32,000 nt of DNA from Methanopyrus kandleri AV19 (GCF_000007185.1 NC_003551.1:1200001-1232000), one strand, 5' to 3'. Positions 19,555-27,183 are shown, counted from the first letter of the stretch. The notes: generated from the letters alone by a model not told the origin. Made by a program: numbers and translations.

Positions 19555-20589
19555 ATGCCCGAGATCGAGGTTTACGAGATCGAACCGGAGCGGAAGCTGC
19601 TGGAACTGCTCCGGGAAGCCCCGTCAGTCACGGAGGCCCCGGCGTGGGACGCGGTGTACCCATATCACCGGCACGAAGAAGGACTGTTCCGAGAGGTGGT
19701 CCGCGCGGTCCGGGAGGTGCTCTACGAGACCGAAGCCGCCCGGGTGTGCGTGGGACTCGAGGGTATGGATAGCACCCTGTGCGCGGCGGCGGCCGCCCGA
19801 GCCTGCGAGGAGTACGGGGTGGAGCTCGTCTGTTACACCGTGGGGTTCTACCCCGGGATGCCCCGTGAGCTCGTCCACGCCCGGGCGTACCTAGTCGCCT
19901 CCGAGCTCGACAGCCGCTACGAGACCCCGGTCTACCTGTACCACCTCGACGTACCACCTCCGGTCGAGTCCAAGCGCGAACTCTGCCGGCTCTGCGGTCG
20001 GCTCCGGTTCGAGGTCGCGGCCCAGGCGTTCCCGGGCTCCGTGATACTCGGGGGCGCGAACTTCGGAGAAGCCCCGCACAGGGCTCGACTCGACGCGATC
20101 ACGCACCACGGACAGGCCATCGAGTACCGACCCCTCCTCGAGTTGGGCTTCGACAAGGGTCACGTGGTGGCGGCCCTCCGCGAGGTGAACTTCCACTTCC
20201 CCAGGCTCGAGTGGTGGAAGAACGAGAGCGGGTGCGGCGTGCGGGACTACCTACGGGATCCCGACCCCGAGGGGGTACTGGAGGCTGCCGAGGCCAACGA
20301 CACGTTCCACCGGATCCTGCTCGAGGAGGGGGCCTGGTGCGGTCACCACTACGACACGGCCGTCGTGCTGTACGACGGGGAGCGGGTGTACCCGGTCCTG
20401 ATCCCGCTGCCCTGGGGATGGGGCCGCGACGCCCAGCGGGCCGCGGAGGCCGCCTTCGACGAGCTCGCCGATAGGTGGGAGGTGGGGAACCCGGAGGAGG
20501 TCCAGGAGGTGGACGATCCGCCCCTCGAGAGCATCCTCAAGCGGGCCCGGCAACTCGGCACGGTTCAGCCCTCCACCTCGCCCAGGTAG
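19555..20589 (+). CDS. PP-loop/adenine nucleotide alpha hydrolase superfamily protein with Cys motifs (putative ATP-dependent sulfurtransferase or amidotransferase-like)
   Basis: VCVGLEGMDSTLCAAAAARACEEYGVELVCYTVGFYPGMP (variant PP-loop), ESKRELCRLCGRLRFEVAAQAFPGSVILGGANFGE. Confidence 0.6.
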   Translation: MPEIEVYEIEPERKLLELLREAPSVTEAPAWDAVYPYHRHEEGLFREVVRAVREVLYETEAARVCVGLEGMDSTLCAAAAARACEEYGVELVCYTVGFYPGMPRELVHARAYLVASELDSRYETPVYLYHLDVPPPVESKRELCRLCGRLRFEVAAQAFPGSVILGGANFGEAPHRARLDAITHHGQAIEYRPLLELGFDKGHVVAALREVNFHFPRLEWWKNESGCGVRDYLRDPDPEGVLEAAEANDTFHRILLEEGAWCGHHYDTAVVLYDGERVYPVLIPLPWGWGRDAQRAAEAAFDELADRWEVGNPEEVQEVDDPPLESILKRARQLGTVQPSTSPR

Positions 20590-21341
20590 ACCACGCGCTC
20601 CCCAGTCTCGACCTTCCCCTCCCACGAGCGCATCCTCGCCCGGTGCGTCCCGACGCTCACCGGCTCGGCGAGGACGAACGCCGGGGACCCCCATCGGTTC
20701 AACACGACGAGCGTCGTACCGTCCGGGACCTCCACCCTGGGATCCAGCTCCAGCAGGAACTCGTCCCCTTCGACCCCTTTGACGGCCCCCACGGTCTCTG
20801 ATGCCATGAGCTTCAGGAAGGCCAGCGCCTCGATCAGCTCCTCCGCCTGGGAGCGGTCCCGGACCCGAACCAGCTCCGTGACCCGCCGTAGGTCGCCCTG
20901 GAGGGCTGCGTAGAGGTCCTCCCACGACACGTTCGAGGCGGCGGAGAGTAGCACCAGCATCTTGTCCTGGAGTAGGTCCGACACCACCGCGGCCAGCTCG
21001 TCCACCGGCTCGACCTCCACGAACTCGGAGAACTCCCGCACCTCCACCCCGAGGTGGTCCGCGAGCGCCTCCGCCGACGGGTGCACCCTTCTCCCCATCA
21101 CGAGCGGTCGGTAGCCCGTGAGCTTCGCGGCCACGTACGCCTGCCTCACCGCGTCCACGCCCACCGTACCCGCCTTCACCTCGACGGCGTACCGCTCCCC
21201 GTCCTTCTCCGCCACGATGTCGATCTCCGCGACCAGCTCGTCCTCCAGCTCCACCCGGTAGTTCCTCGCCACCACCTCGAAGCCTTCCTTCCGCAGGATC
21301 GAGGCCGCGATCTCCTCGGCGCTCTTACCGCGGCGGAGCAA
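20565..21341 (-). CDS. PD-(D/E)XK endonuclease-like protein (UPF0102/RecB-like N-terminal domain)
   Basis: GKSAEEIAASILRKEGFEVVARNYRVELEDELVAEIDIVAEKDGERYAVEVKAGTVGVDAVRQAYVAA: E..ID...EVK catalytic pattern. Confidence 0.75.
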   Translation of the reverse strand: MLRRGKSAEEIAASILRKEGFEVVARNYRVELEDELVAEIDIVAEKDGERYAVEVKAGTVGVDAVRQAYVAAKLTGYRPLVMGRRVHPSAEALADHLGVEVREFSEFVEVEPVDELAAVVSDLLQDKMLVLLSAASNVSWEDLYAALQGDLRRVTELVRVRDRSQAEELIEALAFLKLMASETVGAVKGVEGDEFLLELDPRVEVPDGTTLVVLNRWGSPAFVLAEPVSVGTHRARMRSWEGKVETGERVVYLGEVEG

Positions 21342-21499
21342 CGGACCACCGCCCGACTCGGCAGGCGGATGTCCGATCGTCGATCACCCGACGGGCCCCG
21401 TACTCATCATCGTCAGGACCGGGGTCGGATCCGGGCGTCGTCGTTCCGACCGGTCGAGGCGCCTGTCCCTCCTCACCAGCTCGGTGACCGGGGTTCTCC

Positions 21500-22936
21500 T
21501 CATCCCGACCCCGGCATCGGGACGTCCTCGCGCGGGAGCTCGACGACCACGACGGTGGTTTCCCCGTTCATCTCCACGTCCCTGAGGACCTTTTTCACCT
21601 CACCGGGGTCCGGTTTCTCGATCACCTCGACCTCGGCGCCCAGGGACTCGACTATACTCAGAACGTCGGCGTCCAGCCCCATCTTGGCGGCCCTGCCCTC
21701 CTTCTCTTCCATCACCTGCCGGGTGAACCCTAACTCCCCGTTACGGGTGACGAGCACCGCGATCGGGAGGTCCTCCCTGACCGCCGTCTCCAGCTCCTGA
21801 CAGGAGACCATGAACCCACCGTCCCCGGTCAGGGCGAGCGCCATCTCGGGGACCCGGGCCGAGGCTCCCAGCGCCGCCGGGATCGCGAACCCCATGGGAC
21901 AGAACGACCCGGAGTGGATCAACTCGGACGGGGACGACAGCCGGGCGGCCAGCAGCGCGGTGGGGGTGATCTGACCCGAGTCCACCGTGGCCGGCCCGAT
22001 CCAGGCCTTCAGTGCGGCCTTCACGACCCGGTACAGCTCCAGATCGAACTCCGGCGGCTCGCCCGGCTCCGGGTTCCACGGTTCCGTCCTCGGAGGGTCC
22101 TCGAGCAGTGCCTCCACGAAGGCCCGCACGTCGCACTCCACGACCTCGTCCGCGTCCTCCACCCCGAAACCGACCGCGACCGTGGTGGGCCAGTCGATGT
22201 CCGCGCGCGTGCGTCCCGACAACCGGGCCCCTAGGGCGAGCACGACGTCGGCGTCCTCTACCATGTCGTTCGCCCAGCCCCTGAGACCCACGACCCCGGC
22301 GTTACGTGGGTGGTACTCGGGCACCACGCCCCGGCCGCGCATCGTCTCCACGATCGGTGCTTCCAGGACCTCGCACAACCGCTCCACGAGCTCCCCACAC
22401 CGCGCGCGGTAGCAGCCCCGTCCCACCAGGATCGCCACGCGCTTACCCTCCAGGAGCCCGCGGACGCGCTCCACGTCCTCGGGGTCCGGCTCGACGGGCT
22501 CGATTCCCTCGAGCTCCGCGGAGACCCCGTCTGGGTCGAACCCCGGATCGACGTACAGCACGGGCTCTGAGCGCGCTAGGGTCCGTGCGGCTTCCTCCGG
22601 GTCGTCCGTCACCGTGAGCTCCACGCCGTCCGACGCCATCGAGGGTACGAGCGACTGGAACCCGCGCTCGGTGATCTCGCCGGTCGCGCAGAGCACGGGT
22701 ACGCGATCGGCCAGCGCGCACGCCAGCCCCGCCAGCGCGACCGCCACCCCGGGCCCGCAGGTCGCCAGGGCCGCCGCCGGCTCGCCCGAGACCTCGGCGG
22801 CCCCGATCGCCGCGTACACGGCCGCGTCCTCCCGCGTCGTCCGGACTAGCTCGTCCTCCTCCGCGAGCCTCAGGTACGGTCGGGTCACGTCGTCCCCGGG
22901 TACCCCGAACACGGGACGTAACCTGAACGAGGTCAC
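21500..22936 (-). CDS. Thiamine diphosphate-dependent enzyme, acetolactate synthase/2-oxoacid decarboxylase-like
   Basis: FGVPGDD...RTTREDAAVYAAIGAAEVSGEPAAALATCGPGVA (PYR domain), IVETMRGRGVVPEYHPRNAGVVG, TGDGGFMVSCQELETAVREDLPIAVLVTRN (PP domain). Start placed at GTG 22936, which overlaps the upstream TGA; the track ORF start at 23029 would overlap a real gene. Confidence 0.8.
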   Translation of the reverse strand: MTSFRLRPVFGVPGDDVTRPYLRLAEEDELVRTTREDAAVYAAIGAAEVSGEPAAALATCGPGVAVALAGLACALADRVPVLCATGEITERGFQSLVPSMASDGVELTVTDDPEEAARTLARSEPVLYVDPGFDPDGVSAELEGIEPVEPDPEDVERVRGLLEGKRVAILVGRGCYRARCGELVERLCEVLEAPIVETMRGRGVVPEYHPRNAGVVGLRGWANDMVEDADVVLALGARLSGRTRADIDWPTTVAVGFGVEDADEVVECDVRAFVEALLEDPPRTEPWNPEPGEPPEFDLELYRVVKAALKAWIGPATVDSGQITPTALLAARLSSPSELIHSGSFCPMGFAIPAALGASARVPEMALALTGDGGFMVSCQELETAVREDLPIAVLVTRNGELGFTRQVMEEKEGRAAKMGLDADVLSIVESLGAEVEVIEKPDPGEVKKVLRDVEMNGETTVVVVELPREDVPMPGSG

Positions 22937-23613
22937 CCTTCCACCTCCCTCGACATTCTCAAGTACTCCTCGATCATATCGGGGAAGGAGCACGCGGGCA
23001 TGAAACGGAGCCCGAGCTCCCGGGCCCACCGCTCGATACCCTCGTCGCTCGCCACCACGGCCGCGTCCAGCTCCTTCGCGAGCAGGAGCACGTCCAGGTC
23101 CGGCGCGCTGTCCAGCGTTCCGTGGCGCACCGTCTGACGGTACTTCCGCCGGAAGCGCCGCACCGTCTCCCCGATCACCTCCCGAATGATCCGCTCCTTG
23201 GGCACGTCCGCCTCCTCGCGTAGCATGATCTCGTACGCCTCCAGGGCCGCCTCCCAGATGGCCTTCTCAGCCCGTTTCCTCCCCCGGTCCAGCCGCTCCC
23301 GCATGTCCTTCACGTAGGCCATGAACAACCGCGCCGGGACCTTCACCTCGTACCGGTTCGGCGTCTTCTTCACGATCCACGTATCGATCCTGGACAGCAG
23401 CTCCGGGCACCCGTTCCGCTCGAGGAACCCCTTCAGCTCCCTGTACACCGTGGGGTACGGGATGTAGCAGCTGATGGCCAGCTCCATCCGCGCCCTACCG
23501 ATCAGGTCCAGGAGCCGCGTCACCGCCTCGCAGAGGTCACCGTCCCCGAGCTCGTCCACCACACCCCGGTCGGTGAAGGCCGTGGTATCGAGCACGAACC
23601 GCTGTTTGTACAC
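22933..23613 (-). CDS. HARP-type PIN-domain protein (COG1458, 'RNA ligase partner', homologue of Aquifex protein-only RNase P)
   Basis: QRFVLDTTAFTDRGV at N-terminus, DSAPDLDVLLLAKELDAAVVASDEGIERWARELGLRFMPACSFPDMIEEYL at C-terminus; 226 aa; internal Lys/Arg-rich helical region. Confidence 0.8.
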   Translation of the reverse strand: MYKQRFVLDTTAFTDRGVVDELGDGDLCEAVTRLLDLIGRARMELAISCYIPYPTVYRELKGFLERNGCPELLSRIDTWIVKKTPNRYEVKVPARLFMAYVKDMRERLDRGRKRAEKAIWEAALEAYEIMLREEADVPKERIIREVIGETVRRFRRKYRQTVRHGTLDSAPDLDVLLLAKELDAAVVASDEGIERWARELGLRFMPACSFPDMIEEYLRMSREVEG

Positions 23614-23615
23614 GG

Positions 23616-24314
23616 TCAGTCACCCCGGGCGGGCCGGAGCACCAGACCGGCCCGCGTGATCCTGGCCTCGAACTCGACCAGCTCGCGGCCCAGACGGCAC
23701 CGGGCGACCTTGCCGTCGCGGATCCTGCGGACTCCCAGGAACCTGTACTCGGGGTGGATCCACGGGCGCGTCTCCTCGCCTCCGAACGCGTGGAGTATCC
23801 GGGCGACGGCGTTCACTGGGTTCGGGCGCCCGGCGGGGTCCGGCGGTACGACATCCACGTAGAGGAACTCCCGCGCCGTGTACACCGCCAGGCCCGTCAG
23901 CTCGACGCCGTTCACGCGCTCCGTGGCCGTCTCCAGCTCCAGGACGCCCACGTCGCACTCCTCCAGGGCGCGGGTCACCGCCTTCTCCAGGTCCCGCTTC
24001 GTCCCGGTCGGCTCGAAGTCCAGGAGGCCGTACGGGTCGCGACGGACCAGGCGACGGCGTTCCGGGCGTTCCCCGGTGATCTCCTCCGCCTCCCTCGCGC
24101 CGTGAGGTGTCAGCGTGTACACGCAGGAGGCCGTCCACGGGTCGAACGTGACCGTGAGCACCGGGCGGCCGTCCACGAAGACGCGGTCGGCCCGGACCGG
24201 TCCCCGGATGCGCTCCACGGTCACCTCCCGGTCCGCGATCCCGAGGTCCGAGCCGGTCAGCTCCTCGAGCACCTCCCGGTACTCCTCCAGCTCCCCGCGG
24301 GAAGGTTCCCTCAC
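23616..24314 (-). CDS. Hypothetical protein, 232 aa, immediately upstream of the HARP gene
   Basis: Co-directional, 2 nt from the HARP gene; coherent translation, family not recognised. Confidence 0.7.
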   Translation of the reverse strand: MREPSRGELEEYREVLEELTGSDLGIADREVTVERIRGPVRADRVFVDGRPVLTVTFDPWTASCVYTLTPHGAREAEEITGERPERRRLVRRDPYGLLDFEPTGTKRDLEKAVTRALEECDVGVLELETATERVNGVELTGLAVYTAREFLYVDVVPPDPAGRPNPVNAVARILHAFGGEETRPWIHPEYRFLGVRRIRDGKVARCRLGRELVEFEARITRAGLVLRPARGD

Positions 24315-24387
24315 CGGCAGGGTGGTCGTCCCCGTGAGGTCATGCGGGGTTCCCGGGTTTAAGGCCTCAGGGCCGCCGTTACGCGTC

Positions 24388-25167
24388 CTAAAACGATGCC
24401 TCGGACCGGAGCTCCTCGACGATCTCCCGCGCGTGGGATCGGAGCGCCCGGTACAGCGCCCGCGCGTCCCTCCGTAGCGCGGCGTCCAGCACGTCCTCCG
24501 ACTCCGGGATCACCACGTCGAGGTCGTCGCTCGATCCGTCCGCCCGGTTCAGGACGGTGACGGTCGGGAGTCCGAACCTTTCGACCAGGGTCCTGGCACG
24601 CTCGAAGTCGTGACGGGCCGCGGGGCTCGGGGCGGTCACCAGCACCGCGGCGTCGGCGCGGGAGAGGGCCGCGATCACGGGACACCCCAGCCCCGCCGGA
24701 CAGTCGATCACGCACGGACGCTCGGGAACCATCCGGTGGATCACGTGCGCGAGCTCGGGTACCCAGGGCTCGGATCTCGGATGGATCACCTCGAGGTTCA
24801 GGTCCGGGTTACGCGACCTGACGATCTCACCTAGGACCTCCGGCTCGAACTCGATCGCGTCCTCGGGGCAGGCGATCGCGCAGATCCCGCACCCGTCGCA
24901 GGCCGTGGGGTCCTCGACGGCGTCCCACGGGCAGACCTCCGAGCACCTCCCGCACTCGACGCAATCGTCGGTCTTGACCGCGTAGCGGGCCCGGATCTCC
25001 TCGAGCACCTCCTCGACCTCCAGCTCCAGGTACGCGGGTACGTCGGGCTCGGTCACGTCGGCATCCACCAGCGGCACCCCTAGCTCCGCCGCCAGGGCGA
25101 TCGAGAGCATCGTCTTCCCCACGCCGCCCTTCCCTCCCAGGACGGCGACCTTGAGCTCCGGATCCAA
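24388..25167 (-). CDS. MinD/Mrp-superfamily P-loop ATPase with inserted 2x[4Fe-4S] ferredoxin domain (COG1149)
   Basis: VAVLGGKGGVGKTMLSIALA; CVECGRCSEVCPWDAV and CDGCGICAIACPEDAI; VIDCPAGLGCPV. Confidence 0.93.
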   Translation of the reverse strand: MDPELKVAVLGGKGGVGKTMLSIALAAELGVPLVDADVTEPDVPAYLELEVEEVLEEIRARYAVKTDDCVECGRCSEVCPWDAVEDPTACDGCGICAIACPEDAIEFEPEVLGEIVRSRNPDLNLEVIHPRSEPWVPELAHVIHRMVPERPCVIDCPAGLGCPVIAALSRADAAVLVTAPSPAARHDFERARTLVERFGLPTVTVLNRADGSSDDLDVVIPESEDVLDAALRRDARALYRALRSHAREIVEELRSEASF

Positions 25168-25181
25168 CGCGATACCCCCGC

Positions 25182-25970
25182 CTACACGACCTCCTCTAGG
25201 CAGCGCTCTACCGCCTCCCTGAAGACCTCCGATCGGGGTGGGTCGTCTACGGTAGGGGCCTCGACGACCGGATCCCGGACCTCCTCCTCGATCCTCCGCC
25301 TCCAGGAATCCGAGAGGTCGGACCTGTTGATCAGGATGACCACCTCGATCCCGGCGCGGTCGGCGACGCGCATCAGGCGCCTCAGATCGTGGTAAGCCGC
25401 CGGGGTCGGCTGCGTCACGGCGATCGCGGCGTCCGCGGCCTTGAGAACGTCGTACACGTCCTTCCCGGCGCCGGCCGGCGTGTCGAGGATCAGGTCCCTT
25501 TCGTCGTCCGCACCCTCCAGGAGCGCGTGAACGAGGTGTCGGGACCGCCGGTCACCCACGTCGAGCGATCCCGACGTCAGCGTCGCCCCGGTCTCGGACA
25601 CCCGGTACCTCCGTACCTCACCGATCCGAACGCGGTCGTACGCCAGGGCGCCGTTGGGGCAGCTCTCGATGCACAACCCGCAGCCGTGGCACAGGTCGGG
25701 ATCCAGGTCCCACGAGCGCCCGACCACGAGGGCGCCCGGCGCGCAGACCCGCGCGCACGTCCCGCAGAGATCGCACGCGTCTTCGTCCTCAAGCTTCGGA
25801 CACGGGATGTACACGTCGGACCGCTCGACCTCTTCGCAGTCGAGGTAAAGATGGAGGTTGGGGGTGGTGACGTCCAGGTCGAGGGCGTCCCAGCCCAGGA
25901 TCCGGTGGACGTGAACGGCGACCGTGGTCTTACCGACACCTCCTTTGCCGCCCGTGACGGCCAGCCACAT
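25182..25970 (-). CDS. Second MinD/Mrp-superfamily P-loop ATPase with inserted 2x[4Fe-4S] ferredoxin domain (COG1149)
   Basis: LAVTGGKGGVGKTTVAVHVHRI; CDLCGTCARVCAPGAL and CHGCGLCIESCPNGAL; LILDTPAGAGKDVYDVLKAAD. Confidence 0.93.
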   Translation of the reverse strand: MWLAVTGGKGGVGKTTVAVHVHRILGWDALDLDVTTPNLHLYLDCEEVERSDVYIPCPKLEDEDACDLCGTCARVCAPGALVVGRSWDLDPDLCHGCGLCIESCPNGALAYDRVRIGEVRRYRVSETGATLTSGSLDVGDRRSRHLVHALLEGADDERDLILDTPAGAGKDVYDVLKAADAAIAVTQPTPAAYHDLRRLMRVADRAGIEVVILINRSDLSDSWRRRIEEEVRDPVVEAPTVDDPPRSEVFREAVERCLEEVV

Positions 25971-25977
25971 CCGGGGA

Positions 25978-26307
25978 TCACTCCTCGGGTAACTCGCCGC
26001 GGGCGGCCTTCAGGGCCGCCTCTTCCGGATCGGTCCCGGGCTCGGCGACGTAGGCCTTGATCCCCTGGGCTTTGAGACCTTGAAGCGCGTTGGGACCGTA
26101 ACGCGCGGCGACCGTGGCTTCGACGTTCAGTTCCGTGAGGACCGTGAGGATCTGCCTACCGGCCCCGCGCGGGAGGTTCGCGACGGGGTTACTCGTGGAC
26201 TCGACGAGCTCGACGTCGTCATCCTGCACCTCGTACACGCGGATCTCAGGAGCTCGGGCGAACCGGGAGGACACCCCGTCACCTTCCACCATCACGGCCA
26301 CGCGCAA
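25978..26307 (-). CDS. Dinitrogenase iron-molybdenum cofactor (NifX/NifB C-terminal-like) family protein
   Basis: MRVAVMVEGDGVSSRFARAPEIRVYEV...RGAGRQILTVLTELNVEATVAARYGPNALQGLKAQGIKAYVAEPGTDPEEAALKAARGEL. TTG start overlaps the upstream TAA. Confidence 0.9.
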   Translation of the reverse strand: MRVAVMVEGDGVSSRFARAPEIRVYEVQDDDVELVESTSNPVANLPRGAGRQILTVLTELNVEATVAARYGPNALQGLKAQGIKAYVAEPGTDPEEAALKAARGELPEE

Positions 26308-26547
26308 TTACCTGGGACCCCCTCGTCCCGGACCACCGCGACCTCCGCGGCCGGGACCGCCGCGACCCATACCGCGTCCGAGACCGGCGTAGCTTCCCCA
26401 GGTACCCGGCCCGGGGTTCAGCCGGTGGATGAACACGGCTGGGGCTCCACAGTTCGGACAGCTCGAGGGTTTGGGGGCGCCGTACGGTACCTCGATGATC
26501 TCGCCGCACCGGGAGCACCGGAAGACCTTCACGTCGCGTCGGATCAA
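26308..26547 (-). CDS. Zinc-ribbon protein with Gly/Arg-rich (RGG-like) C-terminal tail
   Basis: FRCSRCGEIIEVPYGAPKPSSCPNCGAPAVF (two CxxC), then GRGMGRGGPGRGGRGGPGRGGPR. Confidence 0.75.
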   Translation of the reverse strand: MIRRDVKVFRCSRCGEIIEVPYGAPKPSSCPNCGAPAVFIHRLNPGPGTWGSYAGLGRGMGRGGPGRGGRGGPGRGGPR

Positions 26548-26553
26548 ACCCGA

Positions 26554-26736
26554 TCACCCCCTCTTGGGCTCCATCCGGAGAGCACCCGTGGGACACACCC
26601 GGGCGCACGATCCGCAGGCGCGACACTTGGAGGCGTCTACCTCGACGTACCCGACGGAGACGAGGAGCGCACCGGTGGGACAGGCTCGCATGCACTCACC
26701 GCATCCCTCGCACTCGGAGGCGTCGTGCACGAACAC
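26554..26736 (-). CDS. 2x[4Fe-4S] ferredoxin (about 60 aa)
   Basis: CEGCGECMRACPTGALLVSVGYVEVDASKCRACGSCARVCPTGAL. Start taken as a GTG near 26736; the longer track ORF (to 27033) is antisense-style frame noise overlapping the upstream gene. Confidence 0.85.
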   Translation of the reverse strand: MFVHDASECEGCGECMRACPTGALLVSVGYVEVDASKCRACGSCARVCPTGALRMEPKRG

Positions 26737-26759
26737 CGCCTGAGGTGTCTCGACGCGGG

Positions 26760-27179
26760 TTATTCCTTCTCCTCCATCTCTCGCAGCCGCTTCTCTAGTT
26801 CCTCGAGCTTCTTCCGCAGCTCCTCCAGCTCTTCCGTCTTCCCTCCTTCCGGACCCTCCGACACGCTCTCCGCGAGCTTCTCTACGGCCTCGGCTAAGTC
26901 CTCCCCGAAGGTCTCGCGTATCGCTTTCAGTACCTCCTTCCGGGTCTCCTCGTCCGCTGTTGCGAGCCACCACCAACCACCGCCCCAACCGGGACCGCCG
27001 CGCCAACCTCCTCTCCACCAGCCACCGGGCCACGCCGGTGCCGGCGCGCCTTCTTCACCCAGTACCTGCCAGGCGTGCTTTATCTCTCCCGTTTCCGTGT
27101 CCTCGTAGAACGCGTGTGGACCTAGCCCGCACCTGCACGGGCCGATGTACCTATATCGCCGGCTCGCCATGCCCTTCAC
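26760..27179 (-). CDS. DUF5320-like small protein with Trp/Gly-rich segment and C-terminal coiled coil
   Basis: GPAPAWPGGWWRGGWRGGPGWGGGWWWLATADEETRKEVLKAIRETFGE...ELEELRKKLEELEKRLREMEEKE. GTG 27179 or ATG 27170 as start. Confidence 0.75.
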   Translation of the reverse strand: MKGMASRRYRYIGPCRCGLGPHAFYEDTETGEIKHAWQVLGEEGAPAPAWPGGWWRGGWRGGPGWGGGWWWLATADEETRKEVLKAIRETFGEDLAEAVEKLAESVSEGPEGGKTEELEELRKKLEELEKRLREMEEKE

Positions 27180-27183
27180 CCCC

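Noticed and set aside
21741-22412. Several medium ORFs within the ThDP enzyme gene on both strands
   Set aside because: All overlap conserved PYR/PP domain coding sequence and show only GC-driven composition.
26326-26400. Repetitive CCGCGACC/CCGGGACC-like DNA words
   Set aside because: Explained by codons for the Gly/Arg-rich tail of the zinc-ribbon protein, not a separate DNA repeat or CRISPR.
26080-27108. 342-aa plus-strand ORF opposite the ferredoxin/zinc-ribbon/W-G-rich genes
   Set aside because: Antisense to several small proteins with intact Cys motifs; low-complexity P/T/S translation.
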